Under the pieces are notes generated by a model. It worked only from the letters and a program-made list of their open reading frames with translations. It made no database searches and had not been told where the DNA came from. From the NCBI RefSeq assembly GCF_009914755.1, contig NC_060934.1: a stretch of 64,000 nucleotides of DNA. One strand, written 5' to 3'. Origin of the DNA: the human T2T-CHM13v2.0 reference genome, Homo sapiens. Shown piece by piece: positions 35,828 through 60,794 of the stretch. The position numbers and the translations under genes are program-made. Position 1 is the stretch's first letter. Every line of letters starts with the position of its first letter.

Positions 35828-35861
35828 TAGCCAGGTTGGTCTCAATCTCCTGACCTTGTGA

Positions 35862-36242
<381 letters not shown>

Positions 36243-36319
36243 TAAGTGACTGTCCCTCTTTTGTAAAGCAGTTGTCACTCAAGGTCTTCCTCAAAATGGA
36301 CTGCTTTTTTAGGCGTATG

Positions 36320-36870
36320 TGTGGGAGTTGGGATTAGGTTTGGCTATTGATAACTGGAAATTCAAAGTGGCTATGGTTTAATAAACACACAATGGTTTAT
36401 TCTCTCTCAAAAAAGAGTCTGAAGGTAGGTACACAAGGTCTGGTATGATAATTTTACGAAGTCATCCAAAAAAACCCCATAATTCTTCTGTCTTTCTGGT
36501 CTGCTATCCCAATACTTGGCTTGTATCCTCAAGGCCACTTTGTGGTCCAAGATGGTTGCTGGAGTTTCACCTCCAGTTGAATGAGTCTGAGTTGTAGACT
36601 AAAAAAAGGAAAGGTAAAAAGTTAGAAAAGACTTCCTCAAAACTGTTGTCTCTTACCTTGATAAGTAGCCTTCCCAGAAACCCTTAACACTTCTACTTAG
36701 ATCTTATTGTACAGAACTTAGTCACGTGGCCACACCTAGCTACAAGGGAGGCTGGGAAAGGCAATATTTTGGCTGAATTCATTGCTGCCTCAATATATTT
36801 GAGATTGTGTTACCAGTGAAGAAGGGGAGAGTGGATGTTGAAAGGTAGACATTGATCTCCGTCTGTCATA
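36320..36870. mobile_element. MLT1J/K-type MaLR LTR remnant
   Basis: ccaagatggttgctggag, cagaacttagtcacgtggccacacctagctacaagggaggctgggaaa. Confidence 0.7.
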
Positions 36871-37009
36871 GCCTATGTCTTATTGGCAAGAATAGCCAAG
36901 CAACTACTACTGTGATATTGGATTAAAAACTTGGAGATGTTTTTGTATTATAGAGAACTTTTTATTATAAAGGAACTCCTAGTAAAGGAGTTCATGTTAC
37001 AGTGATTTC

Positions 37010-37040
<31 letters not shown>

Positions 37041-37049
37041 ATTAATTAA

Positions 37050-37352
<303 letters not shown>

Positions 37353-37559
37353 TAATTACCAAAATATTTCTGAGTACAGCCAAGCTTTGCCCACCCATTC
37401 TTGAAGTCTGGCTGGAATTCATTAGACTGAAGGCCTAGATGCTTTGGCTTAGATCTTATTTCTAAGTTATTCAGCATTTGAATTTCAATAGGAATGGATG
37501 TTGGGAAGTTCCCACCTCCCTAAGCATTTGAAGCACTAATTCATAACTTTTCTTCATAG

Positions 37560-37710
37560 ATATATGGCAGTGTATGGGAGAAATTACATCGAGCCTTTGC
37601 CATTTGGAGTGGCTTTGGTATGACCCTGACTGGCGTTCACACATGTGGAGATTACATGTTTAGTGGCCACACAGTCGTCCTAACTATGCTGAATTTCTTT
37701 GTCACCGAAT
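37560..37710 (+). CDS. SAMD8: SAMD8 exon 5 (151 nt; [13 protein letters not shown]...[22 protein letters not shown])
   Basis: Acceptor ttttcttcatag|a, donor t|gtaagt. Contains the SMS motif CGDxxFSGHT with catalytic H301. Confidence 0.98.
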
Positions 37711-37881
37711 GTAAGTATCTTTTTAGTGCTTCTATGCGTATTAGGTAACTAGCTGCAGTGAAGGCTGTGGGAAGGGTGTCAGATCCTGTGAAGAATGGCA
37801 AAACAGCCTGACCTGAGAAACGTGACTGAGAAGCATTGGAAGGAATGTAGCTTTAAAATGATCTTTCTGTCCTTTTCCTAG

Positions 37882-38186
37882 ATACACCAAGAAGCTGGAA
37901 TTTCTTGCACACTTTATCCTGGGTTCTCAACCTCTTTGGAATCTTCTTCATCTTGGCTGCCCATGAACATTATTCTATTGATGTGTTTATTGCTTTTTAT
38001 ATAACAACAAGACTCTTTTTGTACTACCATACTCTGGCCAATACCAGAGCATATCAGCAGAGTAGGAGAGCAAGGATTTGGTTTCCCATGTTCTCTTTTT
38101 TTGAATGCAATGTTAATGGCACAGTACCTAATGAATATTGTTGGCCATTTTCAAAACCAGCAATAATGAAAAGACTAATTGGATGA
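37882..38186 (+). CDS. SAMD8: SAMD8 last coding exon (exon 6; YTPRSWNF...AHEHYSIDV...[10 protein letters not shown]-stop)
   Basis: Acceptor ccttttcctag|a. HxHYxxD motif with H344/D348, and E343, the residue linked to CPE specificity. Spliced CDS is 578+96+118+151+305 = 1248 nt = 415 aa + TGA. Confidence 0.98.
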
Positions 38187-43625
<5,439 letters not shown>

Positions 43626-43687
43626 TCTTATTGAAATGTCTTTGCATTATTAATGGAGCTGGTCAGTTTTTTATATAATGAATTTTA

Positions 43688-44056
<369 letters not shown>

Positions 44057-44636
44057 TTAGAATGCTAAGCATTGTCACAGGTACAGGACCGTATCAGCTT
44101 GATCCGCAACTGAACTTGTCTTCTTGATCACTGCTAATATGTAGCCTCTGTAGCGCTGGCCCAGCTAGTCTTTTTGAGAACTCTGGGAAAAAAATAGTCC
44201 AGAAGAGACCTCAAGGAGCTTGGTGGAGTAGAAAATGCACTGGGTTTAGGCTCTGATGACCTGGGTATGAGTTGTGTTTCTGACACTGATTAAGTTTTTC
44301 TTCAAACCTCCACTTAACCTTATTTAAGTGGAAAAAAGTGCCTACCACATAGGTTGTATTAAGGGCCAATTTATGAAAGTACTGTAGCCTTGCTCACGGA
44401 GATGTTAAGATGAGGGTGCTGAGTTAAGAGAGTGCCTCAGAGGAGCTCAGTTGCCACCTTCAGCTGGAACTTTGAAGATGCACAAATGATAGTTTTAAGG
44501 CTTCTGGTAGAGTAGCATGACATTTAAATGCCGTATATTCTCAGTTCACGGGGCTCCCATGAGAGCCAGAAATACAGAACCACCAAGACCTGCTCATATT
44601 CCAGCTTTAGGAGCCCTGGGTCACATTATGAAGTGA

Positions 44637-44975
<339 letters not shown>

Positions 44976-45917
44976 TAATTTTAAAGGTTTACATTATTTT
45001 ACTCCAATTGTAGCATATACATATATATGTACATATACATGTGGTTTCATACCTTGCTTATTTCACTTAACATGTTCCAGTGCCTTCCAGCCAAGGATGA
45101 AGGACACACCTTAGTTGAATAAGTTGGGTTTATTGTTTGTTATAATGGAGAATACACACCATGGGGAGTTGTGGGGCGTCTCAGTGGGAAGGTGTTGGAA
45201 AGGATAGGATGTGGGCTTGAGTTATGCAGCTTCTGGGGAAGGTTTAACTGAAGTGGGAATCTGTTCTGATTAGATGGGGGTATTTCTATTATTGAATATC
45301 TTAATATATCTTAACAAGGCAGGAGGAGCTGGGTGTGGTGGCTCACGCCTGTAATCCCAGCACTTTAGGAGGCTGAGGTGGGCAGATCATGAGGTCAGGA
45401 GATCGAGACCAGCCTGGCCAACATGGTGAAACCCCGTCTCTACTAAAAATACAAAAATTAGCTGGGCGTGGTGGTGCACACCTATAGACCCAGCTACTCG
45501 GGAGGCTGAGGCAGGAGAATTGCTTAATCCACACCATTGCCAAAGCAATATATTACAGAATTTTTTTATGTTTGCCAATTTTATAGATTTTATTTTATTT
45601 ATTTAGTTTTTTGAGACAGAGTTTCGCTCTTGTTGCCCAGGCTGGATGCAATGGTGCTGTCTCAGCTCACTGCAACCTCTGCCTCACGGGTTAAAGTGAT
45701 TTTCCTGCTTCAGCCTCCCAAGTAGCTGAGATTATAGGCACCTGCCACCATGCCCTGCTAATTTTTGTATTTTTAGTAGAGACAGGGTTTCACTGTGCTG
45801 GCCAGGCTGGTCTCAAACTCCTGACCTCAGGTGATCCACCCGCCTCAGCCTCCCAAAGTGCTGGGATTACAGGCGTGAGCTACTGCGCCTGGCCTAAATT
45901 TATAGATTTTAAAATGA

Positions 45918-46170
<253 letters not shown>

Positions 46171-46392
46171 TAGGATGGTCTCGATCTCCTGACGTCGTGA
46201 CCCGCCCGCCTTGGCCTCCCAAAGTGTTGGGATTTCAGGCGTGAGCCACCGTGCCCGGCCCAAAAGTGTTTTTAAGATACAGGGCGCGGTGGCTCACGCC
46301 TGTAATCCTAGCACTTTGGGAGGCGGGCGGATTGCCTGAGCTCAGGAGTTTGAGACCAGCCTGAGCAACACGGTGAAACCCCGTCGCTACTA

Positions 46393-46635
<243 letters not shown>

Positions 46636-46669
46636 CTAGAAGACTAAACTGCCAACTATGACTTATTAA

Positions 46670-46873
<204 letters not shown>

Positions 46874-47394
46874 TGATTTAGCAGATTGAGGAGTGTTTCT
46901 CCTGTTTAATTTTTAACATAGTCTTTACATTGGCCATCTCTTGTCATTCAAAAGTAGCATTTTTTTCTGATCATTGTCTTCCTTGAGCACCTGTAGGAGG
47001 CTAAGTCCTGTCTGGCCCAAGGGAAAGGCCAGAGGACTCAGTTGCTCTCTGTTTTAAAGTTCTGTAAAGAGTCATGTTGATACTGGTCTGCCTGCAGTAG
47101 CTATTTTTGGCCCTACCATCACCTGGAAGACCTTCCAAAGACCCAGCTTTACCTGTGGAGGGCTTCATTATAGATGTGTGAGATCTGAGCTATGGAAGAT
47201 GTTTTGAAAGAATATTTATTAAACATTTATTGGGTACCTATTCTATGCCAGGCACTGTTTAAGTGCTAGTGGTTCAGTGGTAAACAAAACAAAGCCCCGG
47301 CCTTCAGGAATCTTACTTTCTAGACAATAAACACATATATGAGAGAGAGAGAAAAAAAAGCATTCCTGGCAGTTGTCAACTAGTAATTGACCTG

Positions 47395-47800
47395 GGTACA
47401 GTGGCATTCTCCTACTGAACATAAGCAATTCTATAGAATATCATCATCAGATGAGGACCCTGCCTGGCTGTAATGGATCCTCTTCACTTGTAATCATGCC
47501 TGAACAGCAATAAAGACACTGTGCAGCCATAAAAATAGCCATACACGCCGCTCCTGATTAACATGGGCAACTATTACTTTGTTCCTTCATAAGAATTAAG
47601 ATTCCGAATTGCCCCAGGTTTCTGAAAGCACTCAATCCAGAGCAGCACCCTACTTGGTTGCTTTCCTAAACCTTCCTTAAGAACACCTAACACAAGCCCA
47701 AATCCTGTACCAGCCCCACCTAACACTCTCTTACTGAGATTCCCCTCCCTTCTCCAGGTGTTTAGTCTTTCTCGCTGCAGGAAGTTTAATTAAAAACCTA
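47395..47800 (+). mobile_element. ERVL-type LTR remnant (MER54/73/74-like) within L2 remnants
   Basis: actgaacataagcaattct..agaattaagattcc..aacactctcttactgaga. Family tentative. Confidence 0.45.
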
Positions 47801-48377
47801 CCTTTGGCTGGGTGCAGTGGCTCACACCTATAATCCCAGCACTTTGGGAGGCCGAGGTGGGTGGATCATTTGAGGTCAGGAGTTCAAAACCATCCTTGCC
47901 AACGTGGTGAAACCCCGACTCTTACTAAGAATACAAAAATTAGTCGAGCATGATAGTGCACACCTGTAATCCTAGCTACTTGGGAGGCTGAGGCAAGAGA
48001 ATCACTTGAACCTGAGAGACAGGTTGCAGTGAGCCAAGATCATGCACTCCACTCCAGCCTGGAGGACAGAGTGAAAGTCTGTCTCAAAAAAAAAAACAAA
48101 AACAAAACCTAACTTAGCTTTACTAAGGTGTGCTCCTGGTGATATTTAGCTAGCAGAAATTGCCTTCAGGCAGCCCAAACAGCTATGACAAAAAAAAAAA
48201 AAAAGAGAACAGCTAAAAGGATAGAGTGATAGGGAATGCTCACTACTGAGATAGCACTAACGGAAGTCCTTCTGCAGAGGTGGCATTCGAGCAGAGGCCC
48301 TGGATGAAGTGAGGGGCCATGTGGGGCAGAGGGAATAGCAATTGCACAAGCCTCTGGAGCAGACTTGGCATGTTCTA

Positions 48378-49439
<1,062 letters not shown>

Positions 49440-50063
49440 GGAAAGCAGGATTTTTAACTTTTCTTTGCTTAAATTTTTTATTTTTTTAATGCACAGGCTG
49501 ACAAACTAGAGTTATGAGAACCTTTTTTTGGTTCAGAAGTCAACCTTTGCTGTTGGTTACCAGCAGAGGGTGCCACAAACCTCCAGCAGCCCTTGTGCCT
49601 TTGTCACAGGAAGTCACTGGTTTGAACAACATAATAGGTGTGCATCAGAATCACCTAGCTTGTTAAAACACATTGCTAACCCCTACCTTCCGCCTAAGTG
49701 GGAGGAATTTTTATTTCTGACAGGTTCCCAGGTGAGGCTGAGGCTCCCAGTCAGACTGGTTCTTCCTCAGGAAGTGATCAGAACCCCCTGAAGAGCCTTT
49801 CACCAACACCCACAGCTTGAGGCAGCGTCCCCCAAAGGCATTTCAGAACAGGCTAGAGTGAAGACGCAGGTGTTCCCCAAGCTCCTGGGTTCCCTCCTCC
49901 CTCCCCTGGGCTGTTGTGAAAGTACTGAACGCTGTAAATTAGTAATCTCCATACAGATGATCACTGCCAGCATCTTAGCTTTTTATTCCTCCCTCCTATG
50001 CTTTCATTTTGGTATCTAATTGTGCATTTTTAGTGTATAGAAATAGAAGGGTTTTTTTGTTAG

Positions 50064-50285
<222 letters not shown>

Positions 50286-51439
50286 TGACCTCAAGTGATC
50301 CACCTGCCTTAGCCTCCCAAAATGCTAGTACTACAGGCATGAGCCACCGTGCCCGGCTAGAAATACAATTGATTTTTAATTGCTGGCCTTTTAACCTGTG
50401 ACAGTGCCAAAGTCATGTTCTAGGAGTTCTTTTGTAGATTTGTTAGTGTGTTTACATAGTCATAGACAATCACATCATTTCTGAATAGGAACAGTTTTAT
50501 CCTTCCCCCTATTCCATCTTGAACTCTGGTTTCTCTGGTGGCCAGAACTAGATCTGCCGACCACATTCTGTCATGATATTTAGGGGCAGATAACACACTA
50601 GTTCACAAAGCAACTTGACAGTATTCTGAATCCTAGCAAAGACCACTAAGGACAATGAGGGGGAAAACATCTGAAATGATCAGGCCACTGTCCATGAAAT
50701 GAGGGAGACCTAGCCTTGATGAAATAGTTTGTTCTCATTGGCCAGAGCTAGCGAGTGGAACCCCTACCTGCCCACAGTGGGGAAGTGCCTAGCCCTGAGC
50801 CTCACCTTGAGCACAGTCCTGCTTCTCTGAGCCAGAGTTCCTGAATGGGTCCAGTATCTGAGCTGTGGCATCCGAGGGGACTCTGAGGCAAAGCCTTGGG
50901 TGGAACAGGGCTTGGCAGAGGTGGAGGTGGCCCTCAGCCCACTTGATAGGTCAGTGGGAATCGGGAGCTGCTCTCTCGGAGTGCTTCAAAAGGAAGGCAG
51001 GAGACGGGGCTTCTGATCTAGGCAGCAGGGAGAGTGAATTTGCCCTTTCCTGGACAGTAGTGAAATGGGGGCAGATGGCGTCTGGCGAGGGGGTGGCAGT
51101 GTAATGTGTTTGCGCCCTCTCCCCCATACGCTGCTGGGCGTCTTCACAGAGAGGCACAGGGAGCATCGCCTCCCTTGGCCCAACCTTTGCCAAACCCCCA
51201 TCCTGTGGACTGGCTTCCCGGGTCAGCTCACCAAGCAGCTCCTGTTTACACAGCTTCATCCACCCTCTGCTGCTAAACCTAAAGGTAGCCATTGTCTTCT
51301 CAAGGCAAATATCAGCAAGCCTTTGGCCTCCACTCTGGACTCAACCCCTCACCCTCTGCAATCCTTCCTATTAAGAAAGCCATCTAAAGTAGAAATGGCT
51401 GCTAATCTCAACTGCCACACTCTAATGGGGCTTGGCTTT

Positions 51440-51850
51440 CAAGGGGAAGACCTGGGTTCTGTCTCTTAGTCATGATGTAATGGGACTGTGTATGAGGTCA
51501 GGCAAGTCACCAAACTGCACTGTCTCAATTTCCTCCTTTGATATAACGCATGATAATATTTGGAAGGCAGATAGCATAGTGGTTTAAGGACACAGACTCA
51601 GAAGCCAAGTGCCTGGATTCAAATCTTGGCTCCCCCACTTACTAGCTGAGTAACCTTGGGCAATCACGTAACCTCGCTTTCTCTCCGTTTTGAGGTGATT
51701 ATAGTACTTACCTTCATAGGGTTATTCTGAGGATAAAATGCAAAGGATGTAAAGTGTTAAATATTATTATTATAAATGTTAAACATTGCTATTATTAGCA
51801 TATTTTAAGGATATTATAAGGACCTACTGAGTTCATATTATAGAAGTACT
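51440..51850 (+). mobile_element. Nested MIR elements
   Basis: ggcagatagcatagtggtttaagg..ttcaaatcttggctcccccacttactagctg..ttgggcaa MIR core. Confidence 0.75.
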
Positions 51851-51854
51851 TTGA

Positions 51855-53177
<1,323 letters not shown>

Positions 53178-53562
53178 CAAAGTCTTTTTTTTTTCTTTTT
53201 TTTCCCCACCAATACTTGCTATTTAATTAGTCTTTTGGTTTGGAACAAAAGGTAAAGAATTCATAAATGCCACCAACTAAGCACCTGTTTCAAATAAAGC
53301 ATCAGTATTCAGCTTGCAAAATAATTTCTTTATAATTAAGCAAACAGTGCCAAAAGACCCACGTCATTTGCTTCTTTCTTCCTGGAGAAGTGGGCAGGAA
53401 TACTGCATCCTAGTGGACTCTCTGTGTTCAATCAAGTCCTGAGTTGAGTTTTGTTTCCCTTTCGAGATGACTATAAAATCACCTAAAGGTCAAGGAAAAT
53501 GGTCTTCCTATGATAAGGAAGTTTTGCTTTAGTGTAGATGACCACTCTCCTGTGTAAGGTAG

Positions 53563-54075
<513 letters not shown>

Positions 54076-55039
54076 TAATTTAATTTTTTTTTTTTGAGAT
54101 AGAGTCTCGCTCTGTCGCCCAGGCTGGGGTGCAGTGGCGCAATCTCGGCTCACTGCAACCTCCGCTTCCTAGGTTGAAGTGATTCTCCTGCCTCAGCCTC
54201 CCGAGTAGCTGGGACTACAGGTGCACGCCACCATGCCCAGCTAATTTTTGTATTTGTAGGAGAGACGGGGTTTCACCATGTTGGCCAGGCAGGTCTTGAT
54301 CTCCTGACCTCATGATCCACCTTCCTCGGCCTCCCAAAGTGCTGGGATTACGGGTGTGAGCCACTGCGCCCAGCCCACGCAGCTGATTTTTAAATTTTTT
54401 GTTGTTGTTGTTAGAGAAAGGGTCTCACTTTGTGGCCCAGTCTGGTTTCAAACTCTTGGGCTCAAGCGATCTCCCTGCCTTGGTCTCTCAAAGTGTTGGG
54501 ATTACAGGCGTGAGCCACTGCACCCAGCCAGCAATCATATTTTTAGACATCTGCCTATGGCCCAGACAGAGTAACAGGGATGAGATTTACTCTTTTGCCT
54601 CATCAATGCCCCCTAATTTGTCACTGAGGCCCTAAATATGATCCTCCAGATGCGATATGGGTCTGGTGCTGAGGACAGCCAACCCGTGCTCTCCCTTGAC
54701 CTGGACTGGGCATATATGGGTCATGACATGGCTGGGGATATGGGCTAAGCAACACCTGGGCGTCTATGTCTTATTTCATGCTTGTAATTTCATGAGGAGG
54801 TAGAACTTGAGCAGGCACTGTCTTGCGTAGGTTCCAATCGGGCCTTAGCTGACCTCTCCAGCCTGGTCTTGCTGGGTAACCTTCTCCCCTAATATCCCAT
54901 CCATTGTCATTTTCATTCTTGCCATATTGTTTGCAGCTGGCTAAATATGTCTTGCAGTTGCAGTATCAGGCCCGAGCACCTTTCCTTCATGTGCTGCCCT
55001 TCTTCTCCCTGTCTGCCAAACACATTCTCCTTTTTTTGA

Positions 55040-55255
<216 letters not shown>

Positions 55256-55485
55256 TGATCCACCCGCCTCAGCCTCCCAAAGTGCTGGTATTACAGGCGT
55301 GAGCCACTGTGCCTGGAGCATCCTCTCTTTTTTTAATAGCCCATGGTGCAACTAAATATATCCTCCTTTTTTTTTTTTTTTTGAGACTAGAGTTTCCCTG
55401 TGTCACCCAGGCTGGAATACAGTGGTGCTATCTTGGCTGTTGGCCAGACTGGTCTCAAACTCCTGACCTCAGGTGATCTGCCTGA

Positions 55486-55677
<192 letters not shown>

Positions 55678-57447
55678 TGAGTAGCTGGGATTACAGGCAC
55701 CCACGACCATGCCCGGCTAATTTTTTGTATTTTTAGTAAAGACGGAGTTTCACCATGTTGGCCAGGCTGGTCTCGAACTCCTAACCTCAGGTGATCTACC
55801 TGCCTCAGCCTCACAAAGTGTGGGTATTACAGGCGTGAGCCACCGCCCCCAGCCGTATCCCCCATTTTTAAGAATCCATTCAACGCTGAAGCCTTCATGA
55901 AGCTCCCTAGGTGAACTGACTCCTCTAACCCCACTGTCCTCTGTTCATACAGCTATCCTTGTACCTACAGCACTTTACAATACTTGCCCATTGTTCATGT
56001 CTGTCTCCCTTTCTAGACTGTGAGATTGTTGACTGTTACTTAGACCCCAGCACAGTGTCTGACACATTACTAGTTCCTTAATAAACATTCATAGAAAGGA
56101 GGGAGAAAGAATGTGTGTCACAAAATATGAAAGAATAGGGCCGGATCCCCAAACCCCCACCCCTGGAAGAACAGCCCATGCAAAAGCTAAGTATTTCTTT
56201 CCAGTGATGGGTACAATGATTTTTTTTTTTTTTTTTTTTTTTATTGTTTTCCTTTCTTTTTTGAGACAGGATCTCCCTCTGTCATCCAGGCTGGAGTGCA
56301 GTGGCGTGATCATGGTTCACTGCAGCCTTGACCTCCTGGGACCAAGTGATCCTTTTCACCTCAGCCTCCCAAGTAGCTGGGATCATAGGCACATGGCCAC
56401 AAAAAATAATTTGGTCTATTTTTTGTAGAAACGAGGTCTCACTATGTTGCCCAGGCTGGTCTCAAACTCCTGGCCTCAAGTGATCTTCCCACCTCGGCCT
56501 CCCAAAGAGCTAGGATTACAGGTGTGAGCCACCGTACCCAGCTGGTACAATGACTTTTGATTTTATGCTAACAGAGCCATTGAGGCATTAGTTGGGACTT
56601 CACTAATTTAGAGGGAATGACAAGATGGATAGTTTATTTTAAACCATTTATAAACACAGGGTTCATTAAAATACTGATTGTAAACAAGAGCAAGCATTTC
56701 AAGTAAACTTAAACACTTGATGAGTAACCCTTTCTATATAAACAATGGATAGACTGAATTAGGAAATATTCTCATCTGTTCATTAAAGCATATTTCCCTT
56801 AAGATCTACACAGAGGAGCAATTTATTAGCATAGTTCCACTAGATTCCTGAGGTAATAAAATGGAGTTTCTTTAAATATACTTTGATTCAGACAAACCAA
56901 CTCTTGTTAACTGGACCTAGTCATTCTGAATTAACTATGCTTGAAGTTCTTGGCACTGCAGAGAGCAGAGTGATTCATCTAAATGGTGTATCTTTGTAGC
57001 TTGTCTCATAAAATTGCTGGAAATGCAGATAAATCGATGTTGTTTTGGAGGTGACGGTGGCGTCCCTGGTACATTTTGGCCTCTATATTTGAATTTCATA
57101 AACCCGGTGGCTTTCTACTTGTAGGGCAGCTGTGGCAGCAGCCTCAACTCTCAACAAGAACTCCTCCTACCTTCCCCTCCTCCAACCCCCCAAAAAAACT
57201 ACAACCACAAAAGCCCACATCTGTATACATACACATACACGTAGAACTTCCCTGTTACATAAGGGCTTAAATGAAGAAAAACAGAGACTGGTCATGGAGG
57301 ATCATCCAGTTAGAACAGAAGAAGGATCCTGTGGGGAGGAGACCTTGCTACACATGAGCTCCCTTACCTATAAGAGCGAGGAGGTGGCCGGTGCGGTGGC
57401 TCACACCTGTAATCTCAGCACTTTGGGAGGCTGAGGCGGGTAGATCA

Positions 57448-57713
<266 letters not shown>

Positions 57714-58389
57714 CTATGCCCCCAAAGTAGGGCCGTAGGCATTTCTTCCTGCTGTGACTTACAGCTGGAAGTAAAATGTCCTGGTGCTATGGTTTCAAGG
57801 AACTAATGAGATTTTGGGAAGAGCTGGAGTAAGTGAAAATAACCTTTTCTCCCCTCTGAGAGCAATGCTGGACTCCTGGGACAGAGTGAAGCCCTTAACT
57901 GAGCCTCCACAGAGGCCAGGCCACAGCTAGACACATAGGCAGAAGATCTAAGAATTCCAGTAGCTTCCTCCTACAAAGACCTGCAACAGGTTAGTTTGGG
58001 AGCCACCACTCCTGAGCTGTGGTTTCCCTTGCCAAGTCAGACTCCTTGGGAAAACTCTAAAACTAAGGTGGCCTGACATGCTGCACTAATGGAGAAGGCC
58101 AGGAAAGCCTGGATTCTGTGTGTCCTCATTGTGCTCCCTCATCGATACACTGTCTCTCACCAGCCTTTGGAATTTCCTTCCTTTGGTTTTCTGCCATTTT
58201 TTTCTACTTTTGCTGAACTTGAGTCTGAGGCTTTCACTGCTCAAACCGCCCTTCCAGGTTGTATTTAACAGGGCTTAACAAGCACCACCAGGCTGGGCGC
58301 AGTGGCTCACGCCTGTAATCCCAACATATTGGGAAGCTGAAGTGGGAGGATCCCTTGAAGCCAGACTAAGCAACATGGTAAGACCCTCT

Positions 58390-58867
58390 TGTTCCTGGAC
58401 CAAACTGAGGGTTGGGCTGCTATTTCTCATGGCCCAGTAACAAGATGCAGATGAACTAGGGAGGAAGAGAGTTTTTATTTCTGCAACCAGTGCAAAGGCC
58501 TGGAAATTATCACCAGACCAACTCAAAATTACAAAGTTTTCCAGAGCTTATATATGTTCCAAACTATATGTCTTTGTGTAAGTGTGCACATTGTGACACA
58601 GGAAGGAGGGGAGATAAAGTGGGAAGAGCCTCAGATGGCAACACAGTTCTAAGAAAGTTCAGCCAGGACAAAAGGTCATCCTCAAGCCAAAGCTGCAGCC
58701 TGTTAGAGGAGTCCCGGGTTTTGCAGGGGTGGCCCTGCATGAGTGTAGGTCTTTGGCGGGGAGCAGCCTGCCTGGCATCAGTAGGTCCAGAGCCCAGCAG
58801 CTGCAGCAGTCAGCCCTCTGCTCCTCACAACAGCAGATCGGAACAGCACCTTTCTATGATTGCCACA
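58390..58867. mobile_element. ERV1-type LTR fragment followed by a MaLR LTR fragment
   Basis: gaccaaactgagggttgggctgctatttctc (LTR end) and cagttctaagaaagtt..gccaaag..tgccaca. Families tentative. Confidence 0.55.
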
Positions 58868-60582
58868 GTGGGCCTGGAAGAACTGGTTAAATTTCAGGGT
58901 GGGAATGATATTTAATGCAGCATACTTTTTTAGTCTCTCAAGATCCTTCTGTAAAAAACTGGAGCCATACTGCATTCTCTCAGAGACTCATCCTGCACAA
59001 AAGTGGGGCTCTGAGAAGTTACACTTACAAAATGGGTTAATCTTGGTTTAATCCAAAGTTTCCCCAACCTATTTGATCACAGAGCTCTTTCTGTATATGT
59101 AAATTATATTAATGACATGTGTAATTATTCAACAAAGCTGTGCTGGCTTAGAAAGTTAAGTTTAGGCCATGCCGTGGAGAGCTTTAACCTGTATGTTACC
59201 TGGTATGTGGGTTGCTTCATGGAGAGGTTCTGAAAAGGGGAGTCATGTACTCAGAGCTGTGTTCATCTCGCAGTGGGGTGTAGTGGGGATTGGAGCGAGA
59301 GGGTGGTCCTCAAAAGTCCTCAAAGTCATGGCTGATCAGTCCTTACAGCCATAACTAGCCCTGACACTGCCTCAGTTTCCAGACATAGGATGTGACTCAT
59401 TTGAAATCCAATTGCTTTACTTCCCACCAAAGCTCTAGGAGAACTCAAATTGGTGGGAGAGATGGTGGGTCACCCAGTATCAAACTGACCAAACTCCTAC
59501 AGCCAGAATAATGGCCCTTTGTCCCTCTGGCCTCCTCATCAGCTTCCCTCTGTATTGAGTGTCCAGGCGGCTGCCAGCCAAATTGCCTGTGTGACTTTCC
59601 CAGGCTTCAGAATGCTCCCTTTCCCTCCTTCCATTGCCTCCCACACTAGCCCCAGAGACACAGGGCAGCCACATAGTAGATTCAGGCAGCTGTGGGATGT
59701 GAATCACGAGACATTCTCAGTGGTGACCCAGTGAAAGGTCTTGGAGAAGCCCCCTCCCTGCTGCCCAATTTACCCTCACTGTGGAAGCTCCTGTCCTCAC
59801 TACAAATTTAAAAGGAAAGAATTTTGAAGGCAACTCTGTCAATGGATGCAAGTCATGACTGGAATAGTCCAAAGCAGTGGACTCTTTAAATGTTGTATAA
59901 ATATTACTAGTCACCCTCCATGGGGAAGGCTTTGACAATGAGGAGGCAATATAAGTGGTGGCTCAGAGTATGCGCCTCACACTCAGAGAGAGCTGGCTTA
60001 GATTCTGTCTCTAGCTCTTGAAGAACTAGCTATGCATCCCAAGCCAGGCCTGTGCATCTCCGTAAGCTTGTGTTTCACGCTTAATGGTACCTGTCTCATA
60101 GGGTTGTTATGAGAATTAAATAGGCCGGCCATGGTGGTGGGTGCCTGTAATCCCAGCTACTTGGGAGGCTGTGGCAGGAGACTCACTTGAACCTGGGAGT
60201 CAGAGGTTGCAGTGAGCCACGATCGTGCCACTGCGCCCCAGCCTGGGTGACAGAGCAAGACTCCATCTCAAAAAAAAAAAAAAAGAGAGAGAGAATTAAA
60301 TAAAGCACATGAATTGTTTCGAGCAATGCCTGGCACAAAGGAAGTGCCTGATATGTGTTAGCCATGACTACTTTGATTGTGTTTATTATTCACGACTAGT
60401 GTCATCATTATTAGATATTTGGTGGGTGGTGGGGATAGAGTTGAGTAAGAAACAATTCTCAGCCGGGCGCGGGGGGCTCACAATTGTAATCCCAGTACTT
60501 TCAGAGGCTGAGGCGGGTGGATCTCCTGAAGTCAGGAGTTTGAGATCAGCCTGACCAACATGGAGAAACCCCATCTCTACTA

Positions 60583-60741
<159 letters not shown>

Positions 60742-60760
60742 TCAAAAAAAAAAGAAAGGA

Positions 60761-60794
60761 GGGCAGGACAGGGCAGGGCAGGGCAGGGCAGGGC
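60761..60794 (+). repeat. (CAGGG)n simple repeat, G-quadruplex-capable
   Basis: gggcagggcagggcagggcagggc gives five G3 runs with 2-nt loops. Confidence 0.85.
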
